Made by a program: the position numbers and the translations under genes. 64,000 nucleotides of DNA from Eukaryota sp. GEM-RC1 (taxonomy: Eukaryota): positions 2,108,001-2,172,000 of the forward strand of contig JAUFOQ010000006.1 in NCBI GenBank assembly GCA_040285855.1, given 5' to 3'. The stretch's first letter is position 1. Each line of letters starts with the position of its first letter. Shown here piece after piece: positions 1-13,600 of the stretch. Under the pieces are notes generated by a model. It did not search any database. It was not told the DNA's origin and was given only the letters and a program-made list of their open reading frames with translations.

Positions 1-240
1 AAAATCCCAAATGTTATCACCAAAGGAATAGACATCTTGAGTCCATACTTGATGAAGAATAGCAGACTATAATAAACACATGAGCATAGAACACACTGGA
101 AGAGCGACGAAGAATACAAATTGATTAAAAGCAACAAGGTAAAGATGCTTAATCTTTCCAAAATGTCCAAGAATGAATCCAGCGGCTATAACACAAAGGA
201 GATAAAGACCGGCATTGATTGCCTCTAAATAGTTTGTCAT
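1..240 (-). CDS. Auxin efflux carrier (AEC/Mem_trans, PIN-like) membrane transporter, N-terminal part; runs off window start
   Basis: Not in ORF track. ATG at 240; removing 30-nt GT..AG intron 96-67 gives MTNYLEAINAGLYLLCVIAAGFILGHFGKIKHLYLVAFNQFVFFVALP|SAILHQVWTQDV. N.FVF..ALP is the typical AEC N-terminal motif. Confidence 0.7.
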
Positions 241-527
241 TGATTATGAGCGTGAAAGGAAGATTCTGCCTTCTAGAAATAGTCTTGCAAGACAGGTTGA
301 GGGTCAAAAAGCTTCAAAAACATTTTGACCCTCAGGTGAAACTTCTGGTGACTTGCTGTGCTGGGATGATTACAAATGCTGTCTTGTAGCGTACCAATTT
401 TCTTGTTGACTGTTGCAGTTCCGAGATTCATTGATATATTCGCAGACTCTTGACCTGTACCTATAAGAAGTGATTGATAGATAATCGTTCCTTTGATTGA
501 TTCACCTTAGATTGCGATGCTGTTATG

Positions 528-1378
528 CAGGGACTGTCAAAAATATATTGCAATATATTGCAGGGCCAAAATGATTTGCAATGCAGTATTGCAATACTGC
601 AATATATTGCAATAATTGGTAGCAATATAAATATTGTTGACGAGAGTATTTATTGTCTAAATTCCACTGATAAACCATAAGAACATCATTAAGTGATATC
701 TAATTTGAGCAGTTTCTGATTCCCGTCTTGTGAACCAATCTAATGTCCTAATACTCTCTAGTTACAGAGAGACATAGTTGATTGGCAAAATTCCGATTAG
801 ATAAGTAGTGTTTTGACAACACTTGCGCCATTCGAGTTCTACTGAAAAGTCGTTTTGCAACATTTATATGTTTCTGGAAAGAAATTTAATTGATTTTTTT
901 ATTCGAGTTAAGACATCTTTAAACAGAGGAAACAGGTCCAGGACGTTCAGCAATTTCTTCAACTTCATCATCATCACTACTCACGTCATTTACTATCACA
1001 GAATTACATTGATGGAGTTGAGTTCCGGGAGATAGTTGAATAGTAGGCTTTTACCATCTGTTTTCGAACGGGACTAGAATTACACGTCATGTAAGATGAT
1101 GTGGAGAATGATATTAGTTTACATTTGTTAGTCAGATCTGACAGATACTACTTACTTGTAGTATAGACTTTCAATTGTACACAAAAAAATAACACTGGTG
1201 TATTATGTTGCTAAAGAAGTCTCAAGTAACAGAAAAACATTGGTCTAAAAATATTGTTCAAAATTGAAATTATTGCAATATATTGCAATACAAAATGAGG
1301 CTGCAATACAGTATTGCAATACACAATACACAATATTGCAATTATTGCAAAAGTGCAATATATTTTTGACAGTCCCTG
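528..1378. mobile_element. Non-autonomous hAT DNA transposon (family A), 851 bp
   Basis: Perfect 25-bp TIR CAGGGACTGTCAAAAATATATTGCA; 8-bp TSD CTGTTATG at 520-527 and 1379-1386; subterminal ATTGCAAT repeats; decayed transposase C-terminus on minus strand (VAKRLFSRTR...NQLCL, ~740-870). Confidence 0.93.
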
Positions 1379-1491
1379 CTGTTATGAGATGTTATAGATG
1401 TTTTGCATTGTTAGCGAACAGGGTTCTATTAGGTTCATTCACAAAAAACGTTTTGTATTCCTTCTTAAACTAATTATCACGACCGGCACAG

Positions 1492-2307
1492 CAGGGATTG
1501 GAAGAAATATATTGATCTTGCAATATATTGCAATAAGTACAATAACAATATGGTATTGTTGGTACATAAACAATAACAATATCATAATGTTGGTGCATGT
1601 ACAATAACAATATATTGCAATATATATACACATGTTTATTCGGCACCCAATAAGGTAACCTTCCTACAAACTATGAAATTGTAAAAACAAACAAATAATA
1701 CTAAGATTAAATCCAAACGACTTCATCACCACCCGGTAAAAGATTACGTTTATCAACATTAGGATACAATATATTGATGTGTTATTGTTAGTGAAAAAAT
1801 TGATACAACAGTGTTTTATAGAGTCTTTATGGGAGAAAACAGTATCCATTAGAATAGACATTGACTCCTTAAGAAGAAGGAAACTAAACAAGACCATACA
1901 GTGAGTTTTACAATCGCCTTCGACTGTCAACATATTGTTTCAACCACAATCAATTCCGAGTACATTGACTTTCAGTCAAGTTGAGAGGCTGTTCAGTCAT
2001 ACAAAACTCACTTTAGGTTGTTATTGACATGTTGTAGATCAGTTTATCATAGAAAAACAATAGTTCTTGCTCTACAATCCTGCTTTCTGGAATGAAAGAA
2101 CAATTGGCAGAATTTTCAACTCGTAGAAAAAAGAGTTGTTGCAAAAAAACTGCGTTATGTTTGTGTTTTCCAATATTGCAATACATGTATATTGTCCATA
2201 AATATTTATTTATTGTTCACAATAACAATATCATACTGTTCCAGTTCTCTTATTGTCAACAAATATTGTTGGTGGGCAAAATATATATATATATTTTCCA
2301 ATCCCTG
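1492..2307 (+). mobile_element. Internally deleted hAT transposon (family B), 816 bp
   Basis: TIR CAGGGATTGGAA..TTCCAATCCCTG; 8-bp TSD CGGCACAG at 1484-1491 and 2308-2315; decayed dimerisation-domain sequence (~1950-2100) similar to 6522-6794. Confidence 0.93.
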
Positions 2308-2441
2308 CGGCACAGTACCTCTGTTGTACACATAGACTAGTATCTCAAATAGTAAAGATAAAGAAAGGCTTGTGTTAATGACTAGCAAAATTCTTTTAAA
2401 TTCTTCTACTAGTAGTAGTACGTGTACTTGTATCTTAATCC

Positions 2442-4163
2442 ATGAACCCCTTCTCCCTTGATCATTTCCAAGAGGAACTCTCTCTTATTGTCGACATAGA
2501 CAGTCAATCAGCACCTGATTCCGAACCCTTCAAATTCAAGTATCTTGCACGTGAACGATTGGAGGTGCTCTTATCTACACTGGCTAATGTCACGGTCGTC
2601 CCAAATGATGATGTATTATATCAACTATGTGTCTTAACCACTCGGCTTCGAATTGGTATCAATCATGGCCACACTGAAGAAACGACCTCTGCTTCTCGTC
2701 TGTTACAAGAATACCTCCCGTCCTTTCATTCCCTTATTCATTCCCATAATGAATCTTCAGACATTACTGTTTTCTATTCTGAATACTTTGAAGGAGTGAA
2801 TGCTCTGGCTGTTATTCTGGCTAATCGTACTGATTATGATGAGTCTTTCAACGTCCTCTCCTCGGCATTCTCTACTGCCGTCTCTCTTTCACTTACTTCA
2901 TTCCCCTTGTCCACCATTGAATCTGGGCTAGTCCCAGAGCAAGACAGCTGCATGATACCCACTCACCACCTTCCTGGAACCATCCCAGTCGAAGATCTTC
3001 TCACCCAACTTCTCTACGTTCTTGCTCAGGTTCGAACTTCTCAAGGTAACAAAACTGCCGCCGCCAACCTCCTCAAAACAGTCCTAAGCCGTAAAAAGGA
3101 CGTAGTCTCTACTGAGGAGAAGAAGGAGTGGTCGCGTCATATGCTTGATCTAGCTGAGTATTTCTTGACTGTTGACGATTTGATTACTGCTGAGGACTTG
3201 CTGAATCAGTCCAAGAATCTGCTCAATCAACTGCAATCTGAGGATCCTTCTAGTTTCGATGATGACACTCAAGAAGTCCAAGCTAACGTATATGGTCTAT
3301 TTGCTAAAGTGTATTTGGCAAAACTGCAAATCAAAGCTGAAGCAGTTGCTTCTCGAGAAGAAGTTGCTAATCTAGCAGAAGCTGACGAATTGTATAATAG
3401 CGTCATCCAACTGCTTGAGAAGTCTTCGGAATTCTTCGTACTCGATGGATACGTATCAGATCACATCGCCCTACAGAAACTAATGTCACAAGCTCACAAG
3501 AATCGTGCAATGTTTGAATCAGATCCTAAAGTAATACTTTCCTATCACGATAAGAGAAGGAATCTATTGGAGCCAATCATTGGTACTCTTAACCATCAAG
3601 CCTTTTGTAATATCATTAGAATAATGCGTCTTGATGTTGCAGATACTTATTATTCAATTAGTGAAGCCAAAGCTGCGTTGTACAAGACTTCGTCTGGATC
3701 ATTATCAGAAAAACAACAAAAGAAGTGTATTGGCTTGGTTCGAAGTGGTATACGTCACTGTCTTCATGTTTGTATCTCTTGTATTAAAGACGGAGCTTTC
3801 AGGGATGATGTGGCGTCTATGATGAACAGCTCATTGGGATTGGTTTTTGATCCTCTGCAAGAGTTTTCAAGTGTTGATGAATTTCTGAATTCCGTGATCA
3901 AAAGTGTAAAATATATTGGAGATGATTATTTGGACTGCTATTTGTCTGCGATTTTCTTAGTTGCTAAACTTTGGAGTTCGATACCATCCTTGAATTCTGT
4001 TCAGGAGGCAGCCTTTGGAATGAGGTCGTTCATCCACTATCAACAAATTGTAGAAGTATTGAAGAATCATTCTTTAGGAAGTCAGTTTAAGATGGAGATG
4101 GACATTGCTAATCAAATGGCTGAGTTGTTGAAACTAAAAATTGCTGTAAATTCTAAAAATTAG
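2442..4163 (+). CDS. KIFBP: KIF-binding protein (KBP/KIAA1279) homolog, TPR-like
   Basis: 573-aa intact ORF; FFVLDGYVSDHI..QKLMSQ..K..AMFESD......HDKRRNLLEP matches the KBP C-terminal domain signature. Confidence 0.85.
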   Translation: MNPFSLDHFQEELSLIVDIDSQSAPDSEPFKFKYLARERLEVLLSTLANVTVVPNDDVLYQLCVLTTRLRIGINHGHTEETTSASRLLQEYLPSFHSLIHSHNESSDITVFYSEYFEGVNALAVILANRTDYDESFNVLSSAFSTAVSLSLTSFPLSTIESGLVPEQDSCMIPTHHLPGTIPVEDLLTQLLYVLAQVRTSQGNKTAAANLLKTVLSRKKDVVSTEEKKEWSRHMLDLAEYFLTVDDLITAEDLLNQSKNLLNQLQSEDPSSFDDDTQEVQANVYGLFAKVYLAKLQIKAEAVASREEVANLAEADELYNSVIQLLEKSSEFFVLDGYVSDHIALQKLMSQAHKNRAMFESDPKVILSYHDKRRNLLEPIIGTLNHQAFCNIIRIMRLDVADTYYSISEAKAALYKTSSGSLSEKQQKKCIGLVRSGIRHCLHVCISCIKDGAFRDDVASMMNSSLGLVFDPLQEFSSVDEFLNSVIKSVKYIGDDYLDCYLSAIFLVAKLWSSIPSLNSVQEAAFGMRSFIHYQQIVEVLKNHSLGSQFKMEMDIANQMAELLKLKIAVNSKN

Positions 4164-4573
4164 TGTGTGAAATAAACTACCATTCAGATCTTTAGTTTTT
4201 TCGGATCACATGTTTCAAATGTCGATATACACTGTAATAAATCTCCAATGAACAAGAACTGTTGATAATGACTAAAAATGTCTAAGATCAATATTATTCT
4301 AGGCCCTAATACAGTATCCAATAGTGATCAAGAATGAACGTAGTATAATTGTCTAATTCTAATACTTCCCATCACGTTAATTTGACTGAAGAAATCGTCT
4401 TTAGGAGTGTATTGACTCAGTAAATATGGTATCTGAACACATCAACAGACTAATTAATGCTAGAACTATTAGACAACAAACAATGGAAGCTCTGGCCCAT
4501 GTTCAATAGAATTGTGGGAGAGATGTTAATCCCAAGACAAAGAACTTTCAGAATACAAGATTTATAATACAAA

Positions 4574-5025
4574 CTAATCAAGAACTACAGTCTCACCAGC
4601 ATCCTCCAATTCAGTCAATATACACTTAGCTAGTTCTAATCGTTGAGCTCGTAAATGAGCAGCTCGGTCGTGCAATCTAATCAAAGCAAGGTGAGCATTG
4701 CGTAGCGCTTGTTTGAACTTGTCTTTGGCAGTATTGCAAGGATTTGAGAAGGATTCAATGTCAGGCCAACAATCAGCAGCCATTAGAGAGGCATAATCTT
4801 CCAGCATCTGAGAACGCTCATAAGGCTTGTAAACAGCTATAGTTCTTCGATATTCATCAAGAAAGAGAAGTTGGGCGAAGTCCTTTTTGAATCTGCAACT
4901 AGTTGTCTCAAGAAGCGACGTGTGAGAAGTTTTATGTCAGATACACAGAAAAGATCGTCTGTATCTAAGCGAGATTGGAGTACATCTCGCAGTTGAGAAA
5001 TAGGGATGGTTGTAACAGACGACAT
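4574..5025 (-). CDS. Hypothetical protein (~150 aa), one inferred frameshift
   Basis: MSSVTTIPISQLR... joins ORF 4574..4807 if the A5 run (plus-strand T 4884-4888) is A6; divergent from RPS7. Confidence 0.55.
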
Positions 5026-5061
5026 CAAATTTTTATCTATGACGGTTCTCTTTTTCCAACA

Positions 5062-5651
5062 ATGTTCGCCTCCAAATTGAAACCCTGGGATAACCATGAA
5101 CCTTCCGCCATCGAAGACAGCGTTGCCGCTGCTCTGTTTGAGATCGAAACCAACAGTCAAGACCTTGGTAGTCATTTGAAGAACTGTCACATCACCTCTG
5201 TTCGAGAGATCGACCTCACTGATGGAAGGAAAGCTCTGGTTGTTTATGTCCCAGTGCCTCAACTCCGTTCATATCAGCGCATCCACTCTAGACTTGTTGA
5301 TGAATTGGAAAAGAAGTTTGCCGGAAATACTGTTTTCGTTATCGCTCAACGAAGAATCATCCCAAAGCCTAAGCGTAATAACCGAATGAAGCTCCAGAAA
5401 AGACCAATGTCACGAACTCTCACAGCTGTGCGACAAGCAACTTTGGAAGATCTTGGTTTGTTCAACATATTTTTCTGATCTCAGTATTTCCAACATCAAT
5501 CTCTGGTAAGAGAATCAGACATCGTATGGATGGTACACATATGGAAAAAGTCTTTCTCAATGGAGACGTTGCTGAAATCAGAGCGGAATCATTTCCTGCT
5601 GTTTACAAAGCTTTGACTGGTATCACCTCTGAGTTCAATGTTGAAAACTAG
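5062..5651 (+). CDS. RPS7: 40S ribosomal protein S7 (eS7)
   Basis: RKALVVYVPVPQL..YQRIHSRLVDELEKKF...QRRIIPKP...QKRPMSRTLTAV; 29-nt intron 5456-5484 joins LEDLV|FPTSISGKRIR...AVYKALTG to TAG at 5649-5651. Confidence 0.97.
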
Positions 5652-5939
5652 TTTGAATTTCATTGATTAGGAGATGTTGGTATCAGTGGGCTGGCTAAAT
5701 TGCAGGTAGATTTCGCTCTGTTACAGTGACTGGTTTTCCATTGAAAACCCTTGCTAGATTGTGAAGCTATGTCATTGTAATATCATCATCCTTTTAAATA
5801 CAATCTAATTTTTGTTTCGCCTGTTTCCATATTTCCGCCAGCATCGGTTTTTTGATAGATATCAAAAGCGTCACATTCAATAATCTTAATGGACTGGATG
5901 TTTTTTCAATGAAATTTCACTTTGCCGAGCATCGATATA

Positions 5940-6183
5940 TCGTAGGTGTCCCAATACAAGCAAGGTTCCAATACCAGCAAGGCCCCAATACAAGCAAGTA
6001 GAAGTGTTTGCTTGTATTATTCTATTGCATTCAGGATGTTGAGCGAGTTATACTTCAATACAAAGTTTATTAAAATGAATTACAACGTATAGAGCTGTGA
6101 ACGCACAACAAGCAATACAAGCAAGCAACAAAATATGTTTGCTTGTATAAGATATAAAGTTGCTTGTATTGGGACACCTACGA
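5940..6183. mobile_element. MITE, probably Tc1/mariner-type (TA target), ~244 bp
   Basis: Perfect inverted ends TCGTAGGTGTCCCAATACAAGCAA / TTGCTTGTATTGGGACACCTACGA flanked by TA; internal AATACAAGCAA repeats in both orientations. Confidence 0.85.
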
Positions 6184-6344
6184 TAATATTGTATTAAGGA
6201 GAATATAACCATTATTTTACTTGCAACTTGGAATTCTTCCAACATTTCCAAAACGCCATAATGAATGGTTGTCCATCCGAATGCCCTTCACCAGAACTGA
6301 CAATGTAGCAATTTTAACAAACATACTAGTACATGTAGTACAAT

Positions 6345-7526
6345 CAGGGATTGGAAATAATATATTTATATTTATTGTGTACCAACAATATTTATTGACA
6401 GTATGAGATCTTGAACAATATGGTATTGTTATTGTGAACAATAAATATATATATACGGACAATATATTGCAATATTTGAAAACACATAAAAGAAGCAGTT
6501 TATTTGAAACTCAATTTTATTCTACGATATAATGATCCTGCGAACTGTGTTCTCGTCCCAGAAAGCACGATTGTAGAGCAATAACAATTGCTTTTCTAAG
6601 GTAGACGGATTCAAGGCATGTCTGTGACATCCTAAAGTAAGCTTTGAACGACTGAAGAGCATCTCCACTTCGTTGGAGGTTGGGGGAATGAACGATAGAT
6701 CAATGTAGTCAGAATTTTTAGTGGTAGAATCAATTGTGTCTAGTTGAGAAGACATGTTGACAGTCGAAGGCGACGAAGTGGCACTCTTTCTCAATCTTTT
6801 TACTGCTTCTTTTCTGAATCAGTGAAAGTAGATTCTTTCCTTCTAGTATCTTTATCAACCCTAGTTCGAAATCAGGAGAATGCCAGATAGCGGAGGGCGG
6901 ATTATACGAGGTGTATTGCTTCATAGTTGAGTATTCCCTTTGGAGAATAAGAAGAGCTGTTTTTGCCATCTGGAGGTTTAACTCCTTTTTTTGGAGAAAT
7001 TTATCAATATAACAGTCTTTTTTGTTTTTTTACAATTTCATAGTTTTGTAGGAAGCTTACCTTATTGGGTGCCGAATAAAGTTTTCTCTTTTTTTATAAC
7101 AGTCGAATCAACAGAGCCATCATCATCAATAGTGCTAGGACAAACGCGGCAACAATAGGCAATATAATGTTGTTTGTCTACTGGAGGTTCTGGTTCGGGC
7201 GTGACTTTTAAAAAGAAGCGTTTTGTTATCTCTTTTGCCGTGTACATATTTGTAGAAGAAATAATTCTTTCATTGTAGCTTGTCTATTCTACTGCATGGT
7301 CTTTGTTCATTTCATTCCTCGTAAGAACGCAATGTATGTTCTATTATACAATGTATTCTCCCACAACGCATCGAAACAACACTGGTGTACCAACTTTGAC
7401 ACTAACAATAACTAACAATATATTGCAATATATTGTTATTGTACCTGTACCAACAGTACCATATTGTTATTGTAACAATATCAATACTAGTATATTGCAA
7501 TATCAATATATTTTTTCCAATCCCTG
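6345..7526 (-). mobile_element. Internally deleted hAT transposon (family B), 1,182 bp, inverted relative to 1492-2307
   Basis: TIR CAGGGATTGGAAA; 8-bp TSD AGTACAAT at 6337-6344 and 7527-7534; CAATA/TATTG subterminal repeats. Confidence 0.94.
6522..7247 (-). pseudogene. hAT transposase remnants (N-terminal Cys-containing fragment and C-terminal dimerisation region)
   Basis: FIPPTSNEVEMLFSRSKLTLG..R..LNP.TLEKQLLL.YNR.FWD is a hAT C-terminal motif; YCCRVC fragment upstream; split over several frames, catalytic core deleted. Confidence 0.8.
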
Positions 7527-7613
7527 AGTACAATTTAGCAAAGAAGGATTTATTAAGGGTCTTCTTATGAATAAATTTAAACAACGATAATAACAATATG
7601 AATAAATGCAAAT

Positions 7614-10600
7614 CTACCACTTGAAATAATTACGGATATACTTGTGAACAGCAGCAGAATCCAACTCAATGAAATCTAAATTGACACACTTGTTCAACTT
7701 CACACAAGCTTCCAGCTCTTGTGCTTGAATAGTGAATAACTGAGGTGGAACGAGGGAATTAGTAAAGGAAAGATGAACGTCAACAATACCAACAGCAGAA
7801 GACGAGAATTCCAGAGCGATATCTTCAACCAAGTCTGGATTAGCATCGGAAGGAAGCATGTTTAGACGAAGGAGATCTTCAGAGTACAAAGTGTAAGGTC
7901 CTTGCTTCGAAATACGAACTACATCGGAAACATTCAGAGCCTGTCTAACAACCGCCATTTCTTCTTCTTCATCAGAGGAATCGAAATAATCAAATTTGAC
8001 CTTATGAAGAGGATTGCTAATCATTTTGATTGATTGGAGCTCAAAGGAACCTCCTGCATTGTCTTTCTTCATTTTACGACGTAAGAAGAATCGCTTGATT
8101 TTCACTCCAAAGAGCTTGAACAAAACATGTCCAAGTACAATCAGAGTGGCCACATTGACGACAAACAAAATAATAGTGACAATATCTGCATAGTCTGGTT
8201 CTTCAAAGAAAGTTAAAGAACTCAGTAAAGTGGAAAACAACACCCCAAGTGAGAGCAATTCGAGTGTATGAGCTAAGCTGTCAGTAAAAGGTTTGCAGAT
8301 TACTTGTAAAATTATCCAAAACAAAAAGAAATACACGGCAATAATAATTTGAAGAGGTGGGTCTTCAGCCATGTAAACAACAAGAATTGTAATGACGAAT
8401 TTTCTGAACATAATTAAAATTTCCCACCAGAAAAACTCATTACTATAACCCGACCTTAAGAATCTAGAAGGAGGTACGGATCCATCGAGTCTTTTGAGTC
8501 CGTCTTTTCTGTCTCTTAAAAGCATGTAAAGGAAATAGAAAGGTAAACCAAAACCATAGGCTCCTAAAGCGATATAGGCGATTAGACGGGGAATTCTATA
8601 GGCAGGAGAATCACAAATGACAGACATGTCATTGTAAAGATATGAAATACCATCAAGATCAACACAATGCAGAGCCATCAACGCTCTTTTGGTAACTAAA
8701 TTAAACAAAAAGTAAAATACAGCCAAGGAAGCACGTCCAAAAGTTCTGGACATCATTGAACGCCTCTTACTTGGGTCATGTTTGTACTGTTCTCTTTTAG
8801 CAATTGATTTGAAATAGTAATAAAAGAAAAGAACAACAAACATAAACAATGGTAATCCATAAAAGATGAATGACTGTGCGATAAATGACATGGCAAAGGT
8901 GCAACCCAAAGCTTTTACTTCCAATGCTCCACCCGCTGCTTCCAGCTACTCCAAAGATTGATCTAAGAAGACCCGGCCATCGCACTCCAAAGTCACCAAT
9001 TGAGGATAGGACTTGGGTATGATTGGTAAGGATACGGAGGAAGAGAGATTGAGTAGATCTGGGGTTTTTGGAACCCCTGATTAAAATGATGATATAACCA
9101 AAGATAATAAAGACCAGGAATATTACAATAAACACGTCCAGAATAGCAGAGTCATTGCACTTAGCACACTCATTTCCCATTAGTGTATACCCATCATCAC
9201 AGATTGTACATAAAGGTCCTGTATGGCCATTATCACAGACCTCGTCGTTAGTTTGGAAGGGATTATGACGACCAAGACAATAGGGTGTGGTGCAAATGTA
9301 GGCATTGGATGAGTTAAAGGACGATGCCCAAAAGCCAGGTTCCGTACCATTAGGACGACCCTCGAAACACTTGAGACCATTTGGACAGGGTTTACAGTCA
9401 TATTCTACTTGTAAATACTGAGTTCCTGGGCAATAACAATCATCGATTGATACCGACCCTTCATCACGTGTAGTGAGAGCAGGTGGACAGGAAGTGCAAG
9501 CATCTGGTCCGATAAAGTCCTTGAAGAAACCTCTGAAACAAGGCTGGCACTGAGATCCAGTAAGAATTTCCCTTGCACTGTCGACGTGGAAAGCGCCAGC
9601 AACGCATTGACAATCACACTGAGATCCAACGCAAACACCAGTCATATACGTAGGACATCGACGGACAAAAACTTCAGTAAGAGAAGTAGGCGTGATTGAA
9701 CGACCAGTGAGTGGATCGGAAGCAGAAAAGAAGAGATCAACAAAAGAGGCAGGCATAGTGGTGATTACTATGTTGTTGAAGGTCGCAAAGCCATCAGAAG
9801 TGGAATCAGTTGAATTTGATAGAGAAATGTGTGAACCATTTCTATTTTCAGCAGTTAGTCTGATTTCAATAGGATCGTAAATGATATTTTCTAAAAAGTC
9901 ACGGACTGCTATAGAAATGAAATTCTGCAAAGGCACATTATTTGAAATAATTTCAAATATTTCAGCTGTCAAATGATCCGGCGCTCCCGGTAAAACCTCA
10001 ACATTTAAATAAGTAGACTCTGTGGCTGACGACAGAAATTCTACTTGATAGATTCCAACTAAAGGAGTGTAAAGTTCAAAAGAAGAAACTGCCCAAAAGA
10101 CGGAGAAGAGATCATCTTGATGAGGGACGTTGATATTTCTCATCATGTACCAGTGAGTAGAGTTGACGTAGTGGGGATCAGTAATATTGACCTCCAGATA
10201 ACTGATTTCAGGAACGATTAGGTCAAAATCAGCTTTGAGTGTTGGGACTTGGACTCTGGAAGCATCGAAAAAAGTGATTTCAACTGCATTCTCCATTCTT
10301 ACGGTAAAGTTGTTATGAATTTGAATTAAGTAAGTGGGGAAAGCAACTTCTAAGTACCTGGGAGGTCCAAAAACTATCTCAAGATCAACAGAAACACTAT
10401 TGTAAATAGTCTCAGAAGCAAAGTGAAAGACGTAGTTTCCATGTGCAGGAGCTTTAAGTATAATGTTGTCAAAGACGGCAACGGCTCTCGAAGTAACAAT
10501 ACAAGTCTCTGAAACAATCAAATAAGTCACGTCATATCCAGAAGAGTCTTTAAGAGTCACGCAGATTGTATCAAAAGATGACTCAAATCCCTCCAGAACA

Positions 10601-13600
10601 TAGCCCTCGTAATTAAAAGTATCAATTTTGATTGATGGAATATATACGTTAAGGTCAGTGTCGATTGTGATAGAAGTGACGTTACTATCCAAAGACCAAG
10701 GCATGTCCATGAACATTCCCTCAGCTTCGACCTCCATCAACCATCCTCGAGCACGTGACTCTAGTCGATTATCCCATCGGATTTTAAGTTGATCAGTTTT
10801 TAAAATTTCTCTAAAAGGATCCATGCAAATTGCTACATCATTCGAATCACCGACAATATGTGGGCATACCCTGGGGTTAGTAAAGTCCATGTAAGCTGGG
10901 AGACTTCCTCTTCCAGTGTAATGAATTCGATCATGATGCCAGTCCTGGTCATTATCTGGAGAATCATATCCTTCAGTAGAACCATCAATGAAACTGGAGG
11001 TCAACTTGGAATCAATCGTAAACGTGACAGGTTGACAAGAACAGGGATCATTCCAGACTGTGACGACATTGTTGATGAAGGCAGGGCGGGGAAGTTTGAC
11101 AATCACTTCAGTGTAATCAGGATGAGTGAATTCAACACCACATTTACCAAGAGTGTAGTGAGTTTTAAGGCAACAACGATCTCCATCAGTGAGGGAAGAG
11201 AAGTTGGCAATGGCAGCGGAATCAAGATCAATATCGTTGATTGGCTCGACAGGAGCTGATTTTGCCAGATTAGGAAGGTTGTGGATGACTCTAAAAGCAC
11301 GTTTTTGGATAAATTCAAACGAACCAGTAGAAAGAGGATCAGAAAAATCATTCACTGTAATTTTTGAAATATTTGGACGACAATCCTCTGCACCAGAAGG
11401 ATGAATAAAGAAATCACCAACAAATGAGAAAGTATCACCATCATCAAATGAAATCTCTAATCCCACATCAAGCTCAACAATAGTAGACTCAGGAAGACGG
11501 CAGAAAACCAAGGAAGAATTATGGTAGGATCCTGGAACTGGTTTGTTAGGACCGAATTTGCAGATTAAATGTCCTGGTCCGAGGTCAGGGAAATTCTCAC
11601 CATCAATTGAGATTAATTCAGCAGCGTCAACTCGTGATGATTTAGGGTAGAAGTCAAAGGTTGAATAATTAAAATATTGGAAATCAAAGTCCAATGAAAT
11701 GATTTCGTTTAATTGAATGGTAACTGGGAAAGGCTCAGAGACGGTTAAAGATGGTGGAGTAACAATGTAAAATGAATTTGAATCAATAGTAAATATTTCA
11801 AATATTTCAACCAATGGAGACAATCTGATTGAATGAATATTAGAAGCAATGGAGCCTACAGATTCACCTGAAAACACAACTTCTGTACCACCAAGAATAC
11901 TTGAACCAAGAGGATGAACAGATGTTATATTAAAATATGAAAAGAATTCAGAATATTCGTCAAACTCGAAATAAGAGATTCCTGATAAATCAAAAGAAAG
12001 CCGTACAGGGAAGCTCAAAAATCCAGCAAACACCATTGGAATCTCAGCTGAAGGAAACAACTCAACTAAGGGGGGAACGACGAATTCTAACACGGTTTGG
12101 TTGTCCATAGAAGTGGGTAGACTTGACATTGGTACTGGAATAGAATCACCAAAGAAGATATGAGGACAATCTACTGTTATAGAACCAACACAAGAGTGAT
12201 CAGATGGGAAAACAAGGTCAGAAGCCACTACCTCTAATACCATTCCTCCAGTAGATCTAAATCTATGTGGGGTATAAGAAACAAGGGAGAAATACTCAAG
12301 ATCAGTAACAGGGATGTCCACGTGAACATCTGATACAGTAAGGAAGAGGGAGGGCATGGGATTAAAGGAGGAAAAGGAAACTGAAGGCCCTGAGCAGATA
12401 CGAGATAGCCAATTAAACGAGGGAATATCAACTGAAAAGTCGAAATCGTCACCAGAGAGCAAAAGAGGAAGGTTGATTGATTTAGTAAAGTCGCCACAAT
12501 CGATACTCAAACGAGAACCATAATTAATTGGTAAAAGGTGTTCAATAACAGATGGTTCGAAATCAAATTCCAGTCCAACATCAACTGAGACAATACTATC
12601 ATTGACTTTTGACAACGAAGCAGGAGAAACTGAATTAATTGAAAAAACAGGAAGATCGAATACAAAATCATCCGAATCAAAATCAATAGAAACAACAGGA
12701 TTACTAAGCGACTCGTAATCATAGGGATCAAAATCAATCAATAAGAGCTCATGAGAAACAAGACGGGCAGTAAGGATAAGATCACCATCATCTGAGGAGA
12801 GATTTGCTTCAAAATAAGGAGAAGGAGAGTAAGAAGGAAGAACAAGACCTGGTATCTTGACAAACAAGTAACCACCTTGATTGCTGATAAATTGAGGTTC
12901 AGTAGTGAACTGGAAAGGATCATAAATACCAATCAAAGAAATGAATGATTGATCAATTTTGACCCGATATACACCAGTGGTGATGTTAGTGGGAATAAAA
13001 CAGGAATCAGATGTAAAAGTGTCCAAAGTAGAAACAGATTCAAAGGTACACATCACGTCATCAGAATTATCAATGACGGGAGAAGAACTCATCAAAGAGA
13101 ACAAATGACCTGTAACGGTATAATCATCATTCAAAGGAGCTAATTCCATAATCAAAGTACCCTCGACTAAAACACCATTCAAGGTTAAAGAGATTTCAAA
13201 AGTAACATTAAAGACTTGATCCTTCGAGAAACAAGCAATTACAGTATCCGAGAGAACAAAGGAATGTTGACACACTTCATAACCAAATTCATCATCAACA
13301 CTAACATTGGTAGAAAATGGACCAAAAGAAGTACCATAGATATAAACCCAAGAAGATGGTGCGTAGATAGAAGACCCATTGACAGAAGGAGTGGAAAAGA
13401 ATAGACCAGGAGAAGAAACAGGGATGGCAGTGTCAAAAGAGAAACTTCCAAAGAGAACTGGATTGAAGGATCAATCAAATTAGATTGTTGTACGGAGCAT
13501 ACGATTAATGTTTGACTCTCTTCCAAATCATAATGAGGATTAACACAAGGAAGTGTAAGCACATCACTGGTCAATGATACTGAAAGGAAACTAGAAGAAT

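Noticed and set aside
823..2388. Short Y/I/C-rich ORFs here and at 6048-6462, 7303-7620, 62640-63026
   Set aside because: Translations of transposon subterminal repeats, not genes.
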